64,000 nt of DNA, from sequence record LC819005.1; one strand, written 5' to 3'. The notes beneath the pieces were generated by a model, which saw nothing but the letters and a program-made list of their open reading frames with translations, searched no databases and had not been told where the DNA came from. A program made the position numbers and the translations under genes. The first letter of the stretch is position 1. Each line of letters starts with the position of its first letter. Positions 18,292 through 28,067 of the stretch are shown here, piece by piece.

Positions 18292-18417
18292 CCTTGTAAG
18301 GCGTTTAGAGGCCCGCTACGCGCTTTCATCTAGATGGGGCAGCAATGTCCCGTCTATATGTCCGTGAAGCTGTTACAGGGCTTCTGAAGCCTTCCTACCT
18401 TACAAGGAAACTGATCC

Positions 18418-19653
18418 ATGGACAAATACCGTAACGTACGGGACGTGTTCGAATCCGAAGCGAAGGATCTCGAATTCGACAAACGCTTGGCTGATGCGAT
18501 TCATCGCTACAAGCAAGGCTTTATCAACCGCAACAAAGAACACGCTGCGTTCTTCGGAGGCAACCTGTTGGGTGCCAACGTGGTGCGCTTTGTGGACTCG
18601 GACAAAGACAACTGGTTCGATAACATCATCCAGGCTGACGAAGAGCTGTTGCGCGAACACCTGCACAACCTCGACGGCATCAACCCGGAATGGCACGTGT
18701 CGTCCAACGTGATGAACCTGTCGTGCGCTTACCTGGTGCACAAGTTCTTTCACTCGCCGTTGCCTGCTGCTGCCAAGATGCAGGCGATGACCGACGTGTT
18801 GCTGGTGCTGCAGTTCAAGTACATCTCCTCGATCCTGTACCGGTTCTTCCCGTATCCGGCGCCGCGTGAAGTGGCAGAGGCGACGTACGCTGCACTGAAC
18901 ATGAAGTTCATCCTGAAGGAGAAAGGATCGTGGCTTGGTTTGCTGCAACATCGCTGCGAAGAAATCCTCTCACGTCACTCGCCGCACTACAACGCTATCT
19001 CCTCGATGAATTCCGACAAGGAAGTCGTCGATATGCTCAACGCGATTCACGGGGCACTCAAGGGCTACGTGAAGAACATGCGCGAAGTGATGGAGCGCAT
19101 TCGCTTGACGGGTGGCAAGGTCAGCTCGGTATCCTCAGTAGCTGGTGTGGATGGTGAAGAGATCCTGAAGGACAAGACGCGTGGTCCGATCGTCTACACC
19201 AACTACCTGAAGTCGATCCTCTCGGATAAGAACTCCTTTATCCGGGAAGAGCTATTGCTGGTGGTGACCAAGATCATGCCGTCGGCGAGCTACCGGCATC
19301 TGAAGTCGGCACTCGAACATATCTCGGGCAACTACTTCAAGAGCGATCACCAGAAGATCGAGAAGATCGTGAATCTGGCGATGGTGCACGCTTTTGCGTA
19401 TCTGTCGGATAACCGTATCAGCCTGCGTTCGAATGTGGACTTGTCGGCGATGCTGATTCGACTGAAGGGCGCCTACACCTCCTCGCGTTCCACCGATCCG
19501 GATCTGCTGGATCTGCGTACATTGGTGGAAGAAGTGATCACACCGGCTGTGGATTCGCGGACTCCGGCTGTGGTGGCTTCGGTGCGTACGGGCGTGCTGT
19601 TGTATCTCGTCTCGCGTGCGTACACCATGTCGTACTACTCGGGTAATCGCTAA
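18418..19653 (+). CDS. Conserved phiKZ-like protein adjacent to terminase (411 aa; gp32-like by recollection)
   Basis: HAAFFGGNLLGANVVRF motif; SD AAGGAA; convergent with terminase. Confidence 0.75.
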   Translation: MDKYRNVRDVFESEAKDLEFDKRLADAIHRYKQGFINRNKEHAAFFGGNLLGANVVRFVDSDKDNWFDNIIQADEELLREHLHNLDGINPEWHVSSNVMNLSCAYLVHKFFHSPLPAAAKMQAMTDVLLVLQFKYISSILYRFFPYPAPREVAEATYAALNMKFILKEKGSWLGLLQHRCEEILSRHSPHYNAISSMNSDKEVVDMLNAIHGALKGYVKNMREVMERIRLTGGKVSSVSSVAGVDGEEILKDKTRGPIVYTNYLKSILSDKNSFIREELLLVVTKIMPSASYRHLKSALEHISGNYFKSDHQKIEKIVNLAMVHAFAYLSDNRISLRSNVDLSAMLIRLKGAYTSSRSTDPDLLDLRTLVEEVITPAVDSRTPAVVASVRTGVLLYLVSRAYTMSYYSGNR

Positions 19654-19654
19654 G

Positions 19655-19693
19655 CGACATAGAGGCCGGGGTTTCCCCCGGCCTTTTATGCCG
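19655..19693. terminator. Bidirectional terminator with flanking TATG motifs
   Basis: CGACATAG-AGGCCGGGG-TTTC-CCCCGGCCT-TTTATGCCG between convergent genes. Confidence 0.85.
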
Positions 19694-21937
19694 TTACATG
19701 CCGCCCCAGCGCCGCGGTGCGGAACCGTGACCATTCCAACTGCCACCTGCATTGCGGTTGTTCCAGCCATGACCCGTACTGCCCGAGACTTTCTCGGTGC
19801 GCTTCTTTTCCTTCGCTTCCTTGATCAGGTTATCGACGTTGAACATCTCCGCCTCTTCAACGATCACCTTGCTCGACAGGGCACGGATCTCTTGCTCAAT
19901 CCGTGAAATGACAAACAGGTCACGCGAAGCCGTGATCTTCTCAGCCAACTCCTTGATGCGTTCACGAATCATGCGTTGCTCGCGCTTCTCTTCAGCCAGC
20001 TGCGGATCATTACCACCGCCCGCGTCTTGCAAGAGGCTGCCGACCAACGATGGGTCGATACCGTAGTAGCGCAGGTTCTTCGCTTTCGTGATCATCCAGT
20101 GCGCCAAGAGCCACGCAATACACATGTCGTCGTGCTCACCCGGGGCATGGTCAATCCGACCGTTCTTGGTAATCAGGCCATTGATCTGGTCAGCCAGCAC
20201 CTTGTCGTAGACACGATCGCAGGCACGTTTGCCCGCCAACATCAGCGAGTCACTGTAGAGCGCACTCCGCGAAGTCGTACCGCCGCCCGAGGTCGTGAAG
20301 CCAAAGCACTTCTTAAAGCGTGTGTACTGTTCGTGGTTGTTGCTCCGAACCATCCGTTGCATTTCCTCGAACTGCACTTCATTGGCTTGCTTGTCCTGCA
20401 CCACGGTGTTGTAGATGCGCTTGAACGGATTGATGCCCGCTGCCGACAACTCGATCATCAGGTAGTCGATAATGCCTTGACCCGACGAACGGTTTTCAGG
20501 AATGAACGTCACCGTCGGCCACTTGATCAGGAACGCCGCAATCCACTTGGATAAGTGAATCAGGTTGGTTTCATTGATCGTTGCACACGCCACCGTTTCC
20601 AGGGTTTGCGTATCCAGCACGTAGAAGCCGCAATCGTCCCCACCCGACGCATTGGACGAGTCCATGCCCATCACATAGGTCGACTCGTACATCCGTCGAT
20701 CGATGTCCGCTTCGCTCAGATACCAGCGCATCGTGTACGAACCAATCCGACTGATGTCAGTGTGGTCGGCACCACGCACCGAATTCCGAATCGCATCCAG
20801 GATCGTCGTCGGCAACGGGTTGGTCTGGCTACCCGACGTCCACATGTTAAAGTAGTCGCGGTTTGCGTCGTCGCCCGTCTGAACGGACTCTTCCAGTTTC
20901 TCCATCAGCCATTCGTCGGTCTTACCCAACTGGCGGTGGTTCAACGTGATGTTTACCCGCAGCTTACCACCGGACTTGCCGTTCTTGAGAATCTTGTTCC
21001 CACCCGGGCTCGCCTTACGGATGATCTCGTAGAGGTGTGTCTCGTCCACTGCGTCAAAGAACTTCTCGTTCCAGATGGCCGACTCGCTGACCATTTTGTA
21101 AATGAACGCGCCATCCTTGTCGTCCTTCTTGCCTGCGGTCGTTGTCAGGATCGTACCGTAGTAGGAGCCTGCCTTCTTTGCACGGTCCACCGCTGCACCG
21201 GTAGCAGCAAGTGCTGCCGGAAGAGCAATAGCGATGTTCGGCTGGAAAGGACCTTCGTCGATGTGGAAGATACCCGAGGTCAAACCCCGGCCCAGGTTCA
21301 GTGCACGCTTCGGGGACGCCTGCGGCACGTGCGTCTTGTAGCGGTTCTTCAAACGCACACGGGTGATTTCTTCCGTGTTGTTGGCGTCGTCCCGCGACTG
21401 CTGGTTCAGGTAACCCGGCAGTTCAGAAGCGATGTCCTTCAGTCGGTTGATGTTACCCCGACGCAGTGTGTCGTCCTTCGTGAGCAAGTTGATTTCCGTA
21501 TCACGGCAACCAATGTTCATCAGGTACGTCATCAACGAGTCAGTGGAGAACGACTTACCCGTCTGACGGATCTGGATCAGGAAAGTCATCACGTGGTTGA
21601 AGAACAACCAGTACAAGGCAATGTTGCCTCGGTTCGCTTCCTGCATCACCGCGTCACCACCACCGATTGCTGGCGCCTTCGCCACTTCACGGAAGTAGTA
21701 CCACGGGTTCACGGCACACTCCAGCGCAATCAGCGCCTTCTGGTTTTCCGTGAGATATTTCGAGTGGGGGTCAACCCCCTTCAACGCCGGATTGACCAGC
21801 GCCAGAATAAAGGCGTGATTCTTCACACCGAGTGATCGGTACAGCAAAGCCAATCGGACGAACGACTTGTTCTTCGTGTCGATGTCAACGATGGCGGTCG
21901 GGTACTTAGCCCAGTCTTTCTGAAACAAGATTGGCAT
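19694..21937 (-). CDS. terL: Terminase large subunit (phiKZ gp25-like)
   Basis: Walker A IRQTGKS, Walker B FHIDEGPF, TTTAG motif, nuclease motifs MGMDSS and HDDMCIAW; start MPILFQ at 21937. Confidence 0.93.
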   Translation of the reverse strand: MPILFQKDWAKYPTAIVDIDTKNKSFVRLALLYRSLGVKNHAFILALVNPALKGVDPHSKYLTENQKALIALECAVNPWYYFREVAKAPAIGGGDAVMQEANRGNIALYWLFFNHVMTFLIQIRQTGKSFSTDSLMTYLMNIGCRDTEINLLTKDDTLRRGNINRLKDIASELPGYLNQQSRDDANNTEEITRVRLKNRYKTHVPQASPKRALNLGRGLTSGIFHIDEGPFQPNIAIALPAALAATGAAVDRAKKAGSYYGTILTTTAGKKDDKDGAFIYKMVSESAIWNEKFFDAVDETHLYEIIRKASPGGNKILKNGKSGGKLRVNITLNHRQLGKTDEWLMEKLEESVQTGDDANRDYFNMWTSGSQTNPLPTTILDAIRNSVRGADHTDISRIGSYTMRWYLSEADIDRRMYESTYVMGMDSSNASGGDDCGFYVLDTQTLETVACATINETNLIHLSKWIAAFLIKWPTVTFIPENRSSGQGIIDYLMIELSAAGINPFKRIYNTVVQDKQANEVQFEEMQRMVRSNNHEQYTRFKKCFGFTTSGGGTTSRSALYSDSLMLAGKRACDRVYDKVLADQINGLITKNGRIDHAPGEHDDMCIAWLLAHWMITKAKNLRYYGIDPSLVGSLLQDAGGGNDPQLAEEKREQRMIRERIKELAEKITASRDLFVISRIEQEIRALSSKVIVEEAEMFNVDNLIKEAKEKKRTEKVSGSTGHGWNNRNAGGSWNGHGSAPRRWGGM

Positions 21938-22200
21938 GATAGGTCCTGCGTGTGTCCTTAGGCTCTCCACAGCGGCTTACACTAACGAGTAGTGTAAGGG
22001 TCGCCACGAGCGTGAGAGGCGGTCCACATTAATAACGGCATAAATCCTTACCTCAGCTTACTTCTTATCTCTTATTCCATAAGAAGCAGAAGTCGACGTC
22101 GCGTAAATTCCCTGCCAATCATGAACAATTGATAAACGATTCACCCAGTAAAGACGACGATCCAACAACACTCTCTCTATACACACTTACGCACGCAATT

Positions 22201-22244
22201 ACGGCATAAAAAGCGAGGGGATTACTCCCCTCGCCCTTATGTCG
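22201..22244. terminator. Hairpin terminator flanked by TATG motifs
   Basis: CGGCATAAAAA-GCGAGGGG-ATTACT-CCCCTCGC-CCTTATGTCG. Confidence 0.8.
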
Positions 22245-22252
22245 CTGCAGAT

Positions 22253-23968
22253 TTACGGCAATGCTACCCCACCGTTGTCCCACAGAATCATGCCCGACGT
22301 ACCCAGCTCCAGATCGGTATCCGGCGTCTTGCGAATCCACTCGATGTAGACGTTGCCGTTGATCACCAATCCGTTCAGGATCGAGAACACCTGGTTGAAG
22401 GTGTTGACGTCTTGCTCCAGCACCTGGCTCGTACCCACCCGGATGCGGAAGTGCGTCGGCACCAGCGGACCGGTTTCCTTCAGCTCGTCGTAGATCGGAC
22501 GCATCGGCGTGTACAGCTTCGCAAACCAGTCTTCCACCGTAGCACAACCGGCATCGACCTTCAGCTTGTAGAAGTTGTAGTTGATGAATTCCAGCACGCC
22601 ATGCGAGCCGTTCACACCGTAAGCCGGGTTCTGGCCCTGCTCGAACACCACCTGCCAGTTGGTATCGGTGCGTTCCGTACCGTCGCGCCACAACACCACT
22701 TGCACGGTCTGTGCATGCCGGAAGTCTTCGTACAGCGGGTTGACATCCTTCAGGTTGACCGAGACGTTGAGCAGCTGATTCACGCCATACAGCTTCGGCT
22801 GGAAGGCCGGGCTGTTGACCGAGAACTGCACGTACTGCGTGACGTCGTAACGAGCATTCCGCTCGGACGTGTAGAGGAACCAGCGCAACGAGTAACCGTT
22901 GAGCGGACCCACCCATTCCGGGAATGCGGTCAGGCGCACGTTGTACGCACCCTTGGCTTCCATCGTCTTGATGGTGTACGGTTGCGTGACGAAGATCAAC
23001 TCGCCGCGCGTCGCACCATAAACCACTTCGTCCGAAGTCGGAGTGTAGCGCAGCACGACCGGGATCTTCTGGTTGACCATCGTTGCCAGATAGCTTTCCA
23101 TCCCGAGCATCGTGAAGCGCGTACCGTCGACCGGCAGTTCCTTGAACGAGCCATCGCTGTAGTGCACGCGACCCTTCAGGTACAGGCCCTGCAGTGGCAC
23201 GTTCACCGGCAGCTGGACCAGCGTCGGATCGGTGTCGCTCATGAACGGCGAGACGAGCGAGATACCCGTCACGTAGCGCACGGCGTTGTTCATGTGGCGG
23301 ATGAACGAGGTGTTCTGCACGATCAGTTGCGTGATCGAGGCCGGATGACCTTCGTCGGTGTAGGCGATACAGCTCACCACTTCACCGTCGGGCAGGTCTT
23401 CCATGGTGTAGCACACCGGCACCGCGTATTCGCTCTTGTTCGTTTGCGCATTCACGCCCACCAGTTCGAGTGCGATCTCGTTGGTGATCAGGTTGCCCTG
23501 ATTGTCGTAGTAACCCGACACAGCCTTGAGATCCGTCGGACCCGTGTTCTGTTTCCAGATCTTGGCCTTGCGGCAGGTTGTGCCTTTGTACGACAGACGG
23601 TTCTCCACAGCCAGTACGTACGGCGTGACCGACTTGTCGAGGTAAGCGCGATAAGTCGCGTTGTTGGTAGTGCGACCCGGACCCGTGAGCACGTCGTCGG
23701 TATTGATCACCGAAGTCGGCACACCGCCCCAGGGTTGCAGCGTCGGCACGAGATCGACGTCCAATGCCGTGACGATCCACCAGGCACTGACCGTCTTGTT
23801 CTGACGATCCGCTGCGAGGTCGCCCACGTTGGGGACGAACCGGCCCGTACCGACCGTATTGTCCCAGAGCTCATCGAGCCCGTAGATGGCCATGCGGCCT
23901 TCCGGGTTGATGATGGGCTGTACGCCATCGGTCCCGGTTACTGCTGACTGATTGGTAATCGTTGTCAT
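22253..23968 (-). CDS. Virion structural protein (phiKZ gp26-like, beta-rich)
   Basis: 571 aa; synteny terminase-gp26-gp27-gp28, divergent from sheath/tube, as in phiKZ. Confidence 0.8.
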   Translation of the reverse strand: MTTITNQSAVTGTDGVQPIINPEGRMAIYGLDELWDNTVGTGRFVPNVGDLAADRQNKTVSAWWIVTALDVDLVPTLQPWGGVPTSVINTDDVLTGPGRTTNNATYRAYLDKSVTPYVLAVENRLSYKGTTCRKAKIWKQNTGPTDLKAVSGYYDNQGNLITNEIALELVGVNAQTNKSEYAVPVCYTMEDLPDGEVVSCIAYTDEGHPASITQLIVQNTSFIRHMNNAVRYVTGISLVSPFMSDTDPTLVQLPVNVPLQGLYLKGRVHYSDGSFKELPVDGTRFTMLGMESYLATMVNQKIPVVLRYTPTSDEVVYGATRGELIFVTQPYTIKTMEAKGAYNVRLTAFPEWVGPLNGYSLRWFLYTSERNARYDVTQYVQFSVNSPAFQPKLYGVNQLLNVSVNLKDVNPLYEDFRHAQTVQVVLWRDGTERTDTNWQVVFEQGQNPAYGVNGSHGVLEFINYNFYKLKVDAGCATVEDWFAKLYTPMRPIYDELKETGPLVPTHFRIRVGTSQVLEQDVNTFNQVFSILNGLVINGNVYIEWIRKTPDTDLELGTSGMILWDNGGVALP

Positions 23969-24017
23969 GGGTGAAATCCTTGAAAGCAGCCGGAGGTCAC
24001 CCTCCGGCCACTATGCC

Positions 24018-26615
24018 TTAGAACGGAAGCACGTTGATCATCGACGAAATGTCCAGACCCGGCGCGTAGATCGCGACCGTGCGCAGCATCACGCGATACT
24101 TGTACATGTCAAGCGACACGTACGTGTCGTACGGATGGGGATGCACCACCACGTAACGACTATCGGGAATGTTGCCGCCACCAATCGGATCAAACGGCAA
24201 ATACTTCTCGTACGCACTCAAACGCGTACGTAGCCAGTCATCACCGAACTGCTCGTAGAACTTGTTGTCCCAGAGCACACCCGTTTGCAAGTCGTCGAGA
24301 ATGCGCGACAGGAACGGGCTGTAGAGTTGGTAGCGCGCCGGAATCGCATTGGGCTGATCCGTCGGATCTTGCGGAATGAACCGCGTGAGGTAATCGCTCA
24401 CCTCTTGATCGATCGCCTGCGACGCAGCCCGGAACGTGTAGGTCTTATCCGTCACGCCATCTGCGTCGATGAGGTAGTTGTTCATAGGAACGACGATATC
24501 CCGGATCGCATACGGCGCACCGTTCAACGCATTCACCAGTCCCACATCCACGCCGTTTTCAGCGAAGCGCAGGTCTTCCCGCAGACGTACCTTGCCACCG
24601 CAGACAATGCGCAGCACCTTGTCGTCACGGATATCGAAGCGGTTGTTGGCCGACAGATCGCCGTGATACACAAAGCCTACGTCCGGCGCATCCGTGCGGG
24701 ACATGTCCTTGTTGCAGAAACCCGTGAAGCGAATCGTGAAGTTCTGCTGGGTCAGCGAGTCGTTCATGTACGCCTTGGTCGTCACGACCACCCGCGAGCC
24801 ATTCACCCGATAGTCCAGCTTCTCGATACACGAGTTACCGTTCATGAACACGTCCAACTCACCGAGCGGCATGTCCAGCTTCTGGTAGATCCCGTCCTTG
24901 AACCAGGTGATGTCGAACTCAAACACCCCAGCAATCGGCGCCATCGAGAACGAGTACGCCAGATGCTTCTTGTTGGAAAGCACGCGGTTAAACGCTGCAG
25001 CCGAGCGCACCCAGGTGTAGGTCGAACCTTGCACCAGGTACACCGGGTCGCCGGTACGATCCGCCCAGTCACCCGTCTTCACGCCAGCCGTGGAAGGCGC
25101 CACGTAGAAGCGATAGTTCGCCGTCGGATCGATGGTCCCGGTATCGGTGTTGTCGATCACATCCAGCGATGTACCGCCCAGACCGTGAATGATTTCCACG
25201 AACGCTGCGTCCGCCGCCTGGCAGGTGTAGGTGTTATCCACCGTACTGGTTGCATAGAACAGCAACTTGCCCGCTGCGCTGTATTCGTAGACGGTGCAGT
25301 TACCGCGCAGTCCTTCCGGAATCGTCACGAGCTTCTGGCCGCTGGTCAACACCACCTTGGTCGGCGTATCACCCAGCAACTTCGACATGGCGTTGTAACC
25401 ATAGGCCGATTGCACCATGTCCCGCGTGATCGTGCCTTGCGGCGCGCGCATGATCGCAGCGTAGGCATTGGCTTCGAGGTTCGCTGCCTGCCACACCGAG
25501 ACTAGGGCGTCCTGACCCACCATGGCACCCGCGATCTTGTCCTCGGGCAGCTTGTACAACTCGAACAAGCGTGCGTTCTCGAACACGAGCGGGCGCTGGT
25601 AACCCGAATTGCGCACAGTCAGCCGCAGCTCCAGATCCTTACCACCCAGGAACGTATTGGCCGCCTGCGTGCCGTCGATCCGAATCGTCGGGACCGAATA
25701 GTCGCGGTGCGTGACCATGCGCATTGTGCGGCTGTCGTTCTTGTGCAGATAGACGCCCTTCCAGCGATTGGTGTTCCAGGTGTAGCCCAGATACATGTCG
25801 ACGTCGTCCTGATAGTCGATCATGTCATCCGGACCGGCATAATGCAGCAGGTACTTGTGCAGGCTGTCGAGCGTGGACTCGAATGGTGCCAGATCCCGTA
25901 CCTTGAACACGACTTCGCGCTTGATCGACGCATCGAACACGTATTCGAGATAGTCACCCGCCTTGGCCGACACCAGATCGATCTTGTCCACCCGACAACC
26001 ATTGACCCAGAAGAACGTGCCGCCCCAGCTCGGGAGCAAAGCGATCTCGGCCTGGAAGTTGTTGATGGCGGTGATGTTGTCTGCCTTGATCGAATTGATC
26101 TTGATGCAGGGCTCGGCGTAGGTATCGCGATAGCTGTTGAAGTACGCGTTGGAGTACAACCGCAAGAAAATCGGTTCGTTCTCCAGATCACAGTCGATCA
26201 GCTTGGCAGGTGCCGCACTCGGCTTCAGCACAGCCACGATCAGGTTGTTGTCGCCCGTGACCAGATACCACACGAGGCTGCGGGGGATCATCACGCCCTT
26301 GCCGACGTAGACGTCCAGCACACAGCACTCTTCTTGCATCGCGTCCGGTGCCGAGATCCAGACACCCGGCTTATCCAGCAAACCCAGCAAGGCAGGATGG
26401 ACCTGACCGATCTGATAGACGTGAAAGCGATTGGCCGCACCCGACAGCGGCAACTGGATCTTGCGCCACTGATACGAGAACGAGGACCAGACTCCGTTCT
26501 CCGGCGTAATGCGAGCAGGCTGGATGATCGCCTGCTTGTCCTGCTCGGGGGTGCACCACACTTTGGTGTAGGCATCATTGAGCAGGAAGTCTTCTGAAAC
26601 GAGGTAGCCGCTCAT
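24018..26615 (-). CDS. Virion structural protein (phiKZ gp27-like, probably baseplate)
   Basis: 865 aa from MSGYLVSED; N-terminal VWCTPEQDKQAIIQPARIT; synteny. Confidence 0.8.
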   Translation of the reverse strand: MSGYLVSEDFLLNDAYTKVWCTPEQDKQAIIQPARITPENGVWSSFSYQWRKIQLPLSGAANRFHVYQIGQVHPALLGLLDKPGVWISAPDAMQEECCVLDVYVGKGVMIPRSLVWYLVTGDNNLIVAVLKPSAAPAKLIDCDLENEPIFLRLYSNAYFNSYRDTYAEPCIKINSIKADNITAINNFQAEIALLPSWGGTFFWVNGCRVDKIDLVSAKAGDYLEYVFDASIKREVVFKVRDLAPFESTLDSLHKYLLHYAGPDDMIDYQDDVDMYLGYTWNTNRWKGVYLHKNDSRTMRMVTHRDYSVPTIRIDGTQAANTFLGGKDLELRLTVRNSGYQRPLVFENARLFELYKLPEDKIAGAMVGQDALVSVWQAANLEANAYAAIMRAPQGTITRDMVQSAYGYNAMSKLLGDTPTKVVLTSGQKLVTIPEGLRGNCTVYEYSAAGKLLFYATSTVDNTYTCQAADAAFVEIIHGLGGTSLDVIDNTDTGTIDPTANYRFYVAPSTAGVKTGDWADRTGDPVYLVQGSTYTWVRSAAAFNRVLSNKKHLAYSFSMAPIAGVFEFDITWFKDGIYQKLDMPLGELDVFMNGNSCIEKLDYRVNGSRVVVTTKAYMNDSLTQQNFTIRFTGFCNKDMSRTDAPDVGFVYHGDLSANNRFDIRDDKVLRIVCGGKVRLREDLRFAENGVDVGLVNALNGAPYAIRDIVVPMNNYLIDADGVTDKTYTFRAASQAIDQEVSDYLTRFIPQDPTDQPNAIPARYQLYSPFLSRILDDLQTGVLWDNKFYEQFGDDWLRTRLSAYEKYLPFDPIGGGNIPDSRYVVVHPHPYDTYVSLDMYKYRVMLRTVAIYAPGLDISSMINVLPF

Positions 26616-26695
26616 AGGAGCCCTTCCTTGCATGTGTGAATAAAAAGCGCTACCCACCGAAGTGAGTAGCGCTTTTACGAACAGGGTCGGCGCGC

Positions 26696-27616
26696 TTACC
26701 AGCTACGGGTGTTTTCGTCGGGCTGACCCAGGAAGGCCATGCTGCGTACGAAGTTCTCGTGATACTTCTTGTAGCTGTTGCGTTCGATGATCTGCGTGAG
26801 GTTGGCCTTCTTGAAGCCGCGGTTGGTCACGGCCTGGAAGAGCAGCGTCAGCCACACCGGCGGATATTCCAGCGCGATCGTGACGAGTTCCTTGCCGGCA
26901 TTACCGAACCAGGAACCGCTGACCGTACCGAAGAGCGTCGCCGGGTTGAAGTCTTCCAGTCGCACCGATTGCGTGAAGGACTTGATCGCATCGCACAGTT
27001 CTTCGACGTCACGGATGATCGGATGCGTTTCCACCACATCCACCACGTCCGAGTGACGGTAGCCACAAGTCCGCGTGATCGCCGAGAGCAGGTAAGCGGT
27101 GTCTTCCGACGACGCTTCGGTCTTGTCCCAGAAGTTGTTCAGATAGAAGATCGCTGCGAACACCGAGACTTGCAGTTGCTGGCGCGCATCGATCGCAAAG
27201 CGACGGGCGATCGTCTCACCCATCCAGTGCGAGAAGAGCATCAGCGGCAGAGGCGACATATCGCGCACTCGTGCCTGATAACCGTGGTGCCAGTCGAGCG
27301 CGAGCTGGGCTTGCACCGTGCGGGCTTGCAGTTCGATCTCATCGCGAACGCGCATGCCGCCCATCGAATCGGTGCCGACAAACGAGCGGGCATCGAAGAA
27401 AGCGACGTCTTCGTCCTTCATCTTGACGACCAGCGGGAAGTTGAAAGCCGGCACGCCAGCGACGCCGCCGTTCAGTCCTTCACGCACCATATGCACGTTT
27501 TCGCGCACTTGTTGTGTAGCGTTGTGGTAATAAGCCTCGGTAAGCGCGTGCTCCAATTTGCTGGTGTTATAGCCGTGCGTCGCAGTGGTTGCGAAGGCCG
27601 AGTTGAAAATGGTCAT
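26696..27616 (-). CDS. Virion structural protein (phiKZ gp28-like)
   Basis: 306 aa; ALEYPPVW motif; synteny. Confidence 0.78.
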   Translation of the reverse strand: MTIFNSAFATTATHGYNTSKLEHALTEAYYHNATQQVRENVHMVREGLNGGVAGVPAFNFPLVVKMKDEDVAFFDARSFVGTDSMGGMRVRDEIELQARTVQAQLALDWHHGYQARVRDMSPLPLMLFSHWMGETIARRFAIDARQQLQVSVFAAIFYLNNFWDKTEASSEDTAYLLSAITRTCGYRHSDVVDVVETHPIIRDVEELCDAIKSFTQSVRLEDFNPATLFGTVSGSWFGNAGKELVTIALEYPPVWLTLLFQAVTNRGFKKANLTQIIERNSYKKYHENFVRSMAFLGQPDENTRSW

Positions 27617-28067
27617 GTTGGTGCTTCCGTCAAGTAAGAAAAATACCTGTTGATCTATGGCTGCGCAAGCATCATTTATTATGAGCGCGAGCCATTCCGT
27701 TATTGGCTTGCTTTTTTATTTCATCGCGACTGAGCATGTAAAAACTTACTCGGTCTAGTCCGTCAAAGGAAAAGCGACGAAATGAAACCTGAAGAATCCT
27801 CCAGGATGTCATAAAACTACTGTGCTCTCACGGCTGTGCTCGCGCAGCGTCACATATGAAAATGGAGCAAAGTCCTCACCAAGGCTTTGGCGTGTGATTG
27901 AGATGCATATGCAAACACTACATGTCCACCGTCCGACCGTGGTGTCGGGCAAATGATCGACGGGTCGTTCGGGCATGCAGGCAACTATTCAAGGGACTGA
28001 CAGAACGTAGCGAATCCATAAGCCGCGACCTCGATGTTCATCGTTTCAATTCAATCGGAATCTCATC

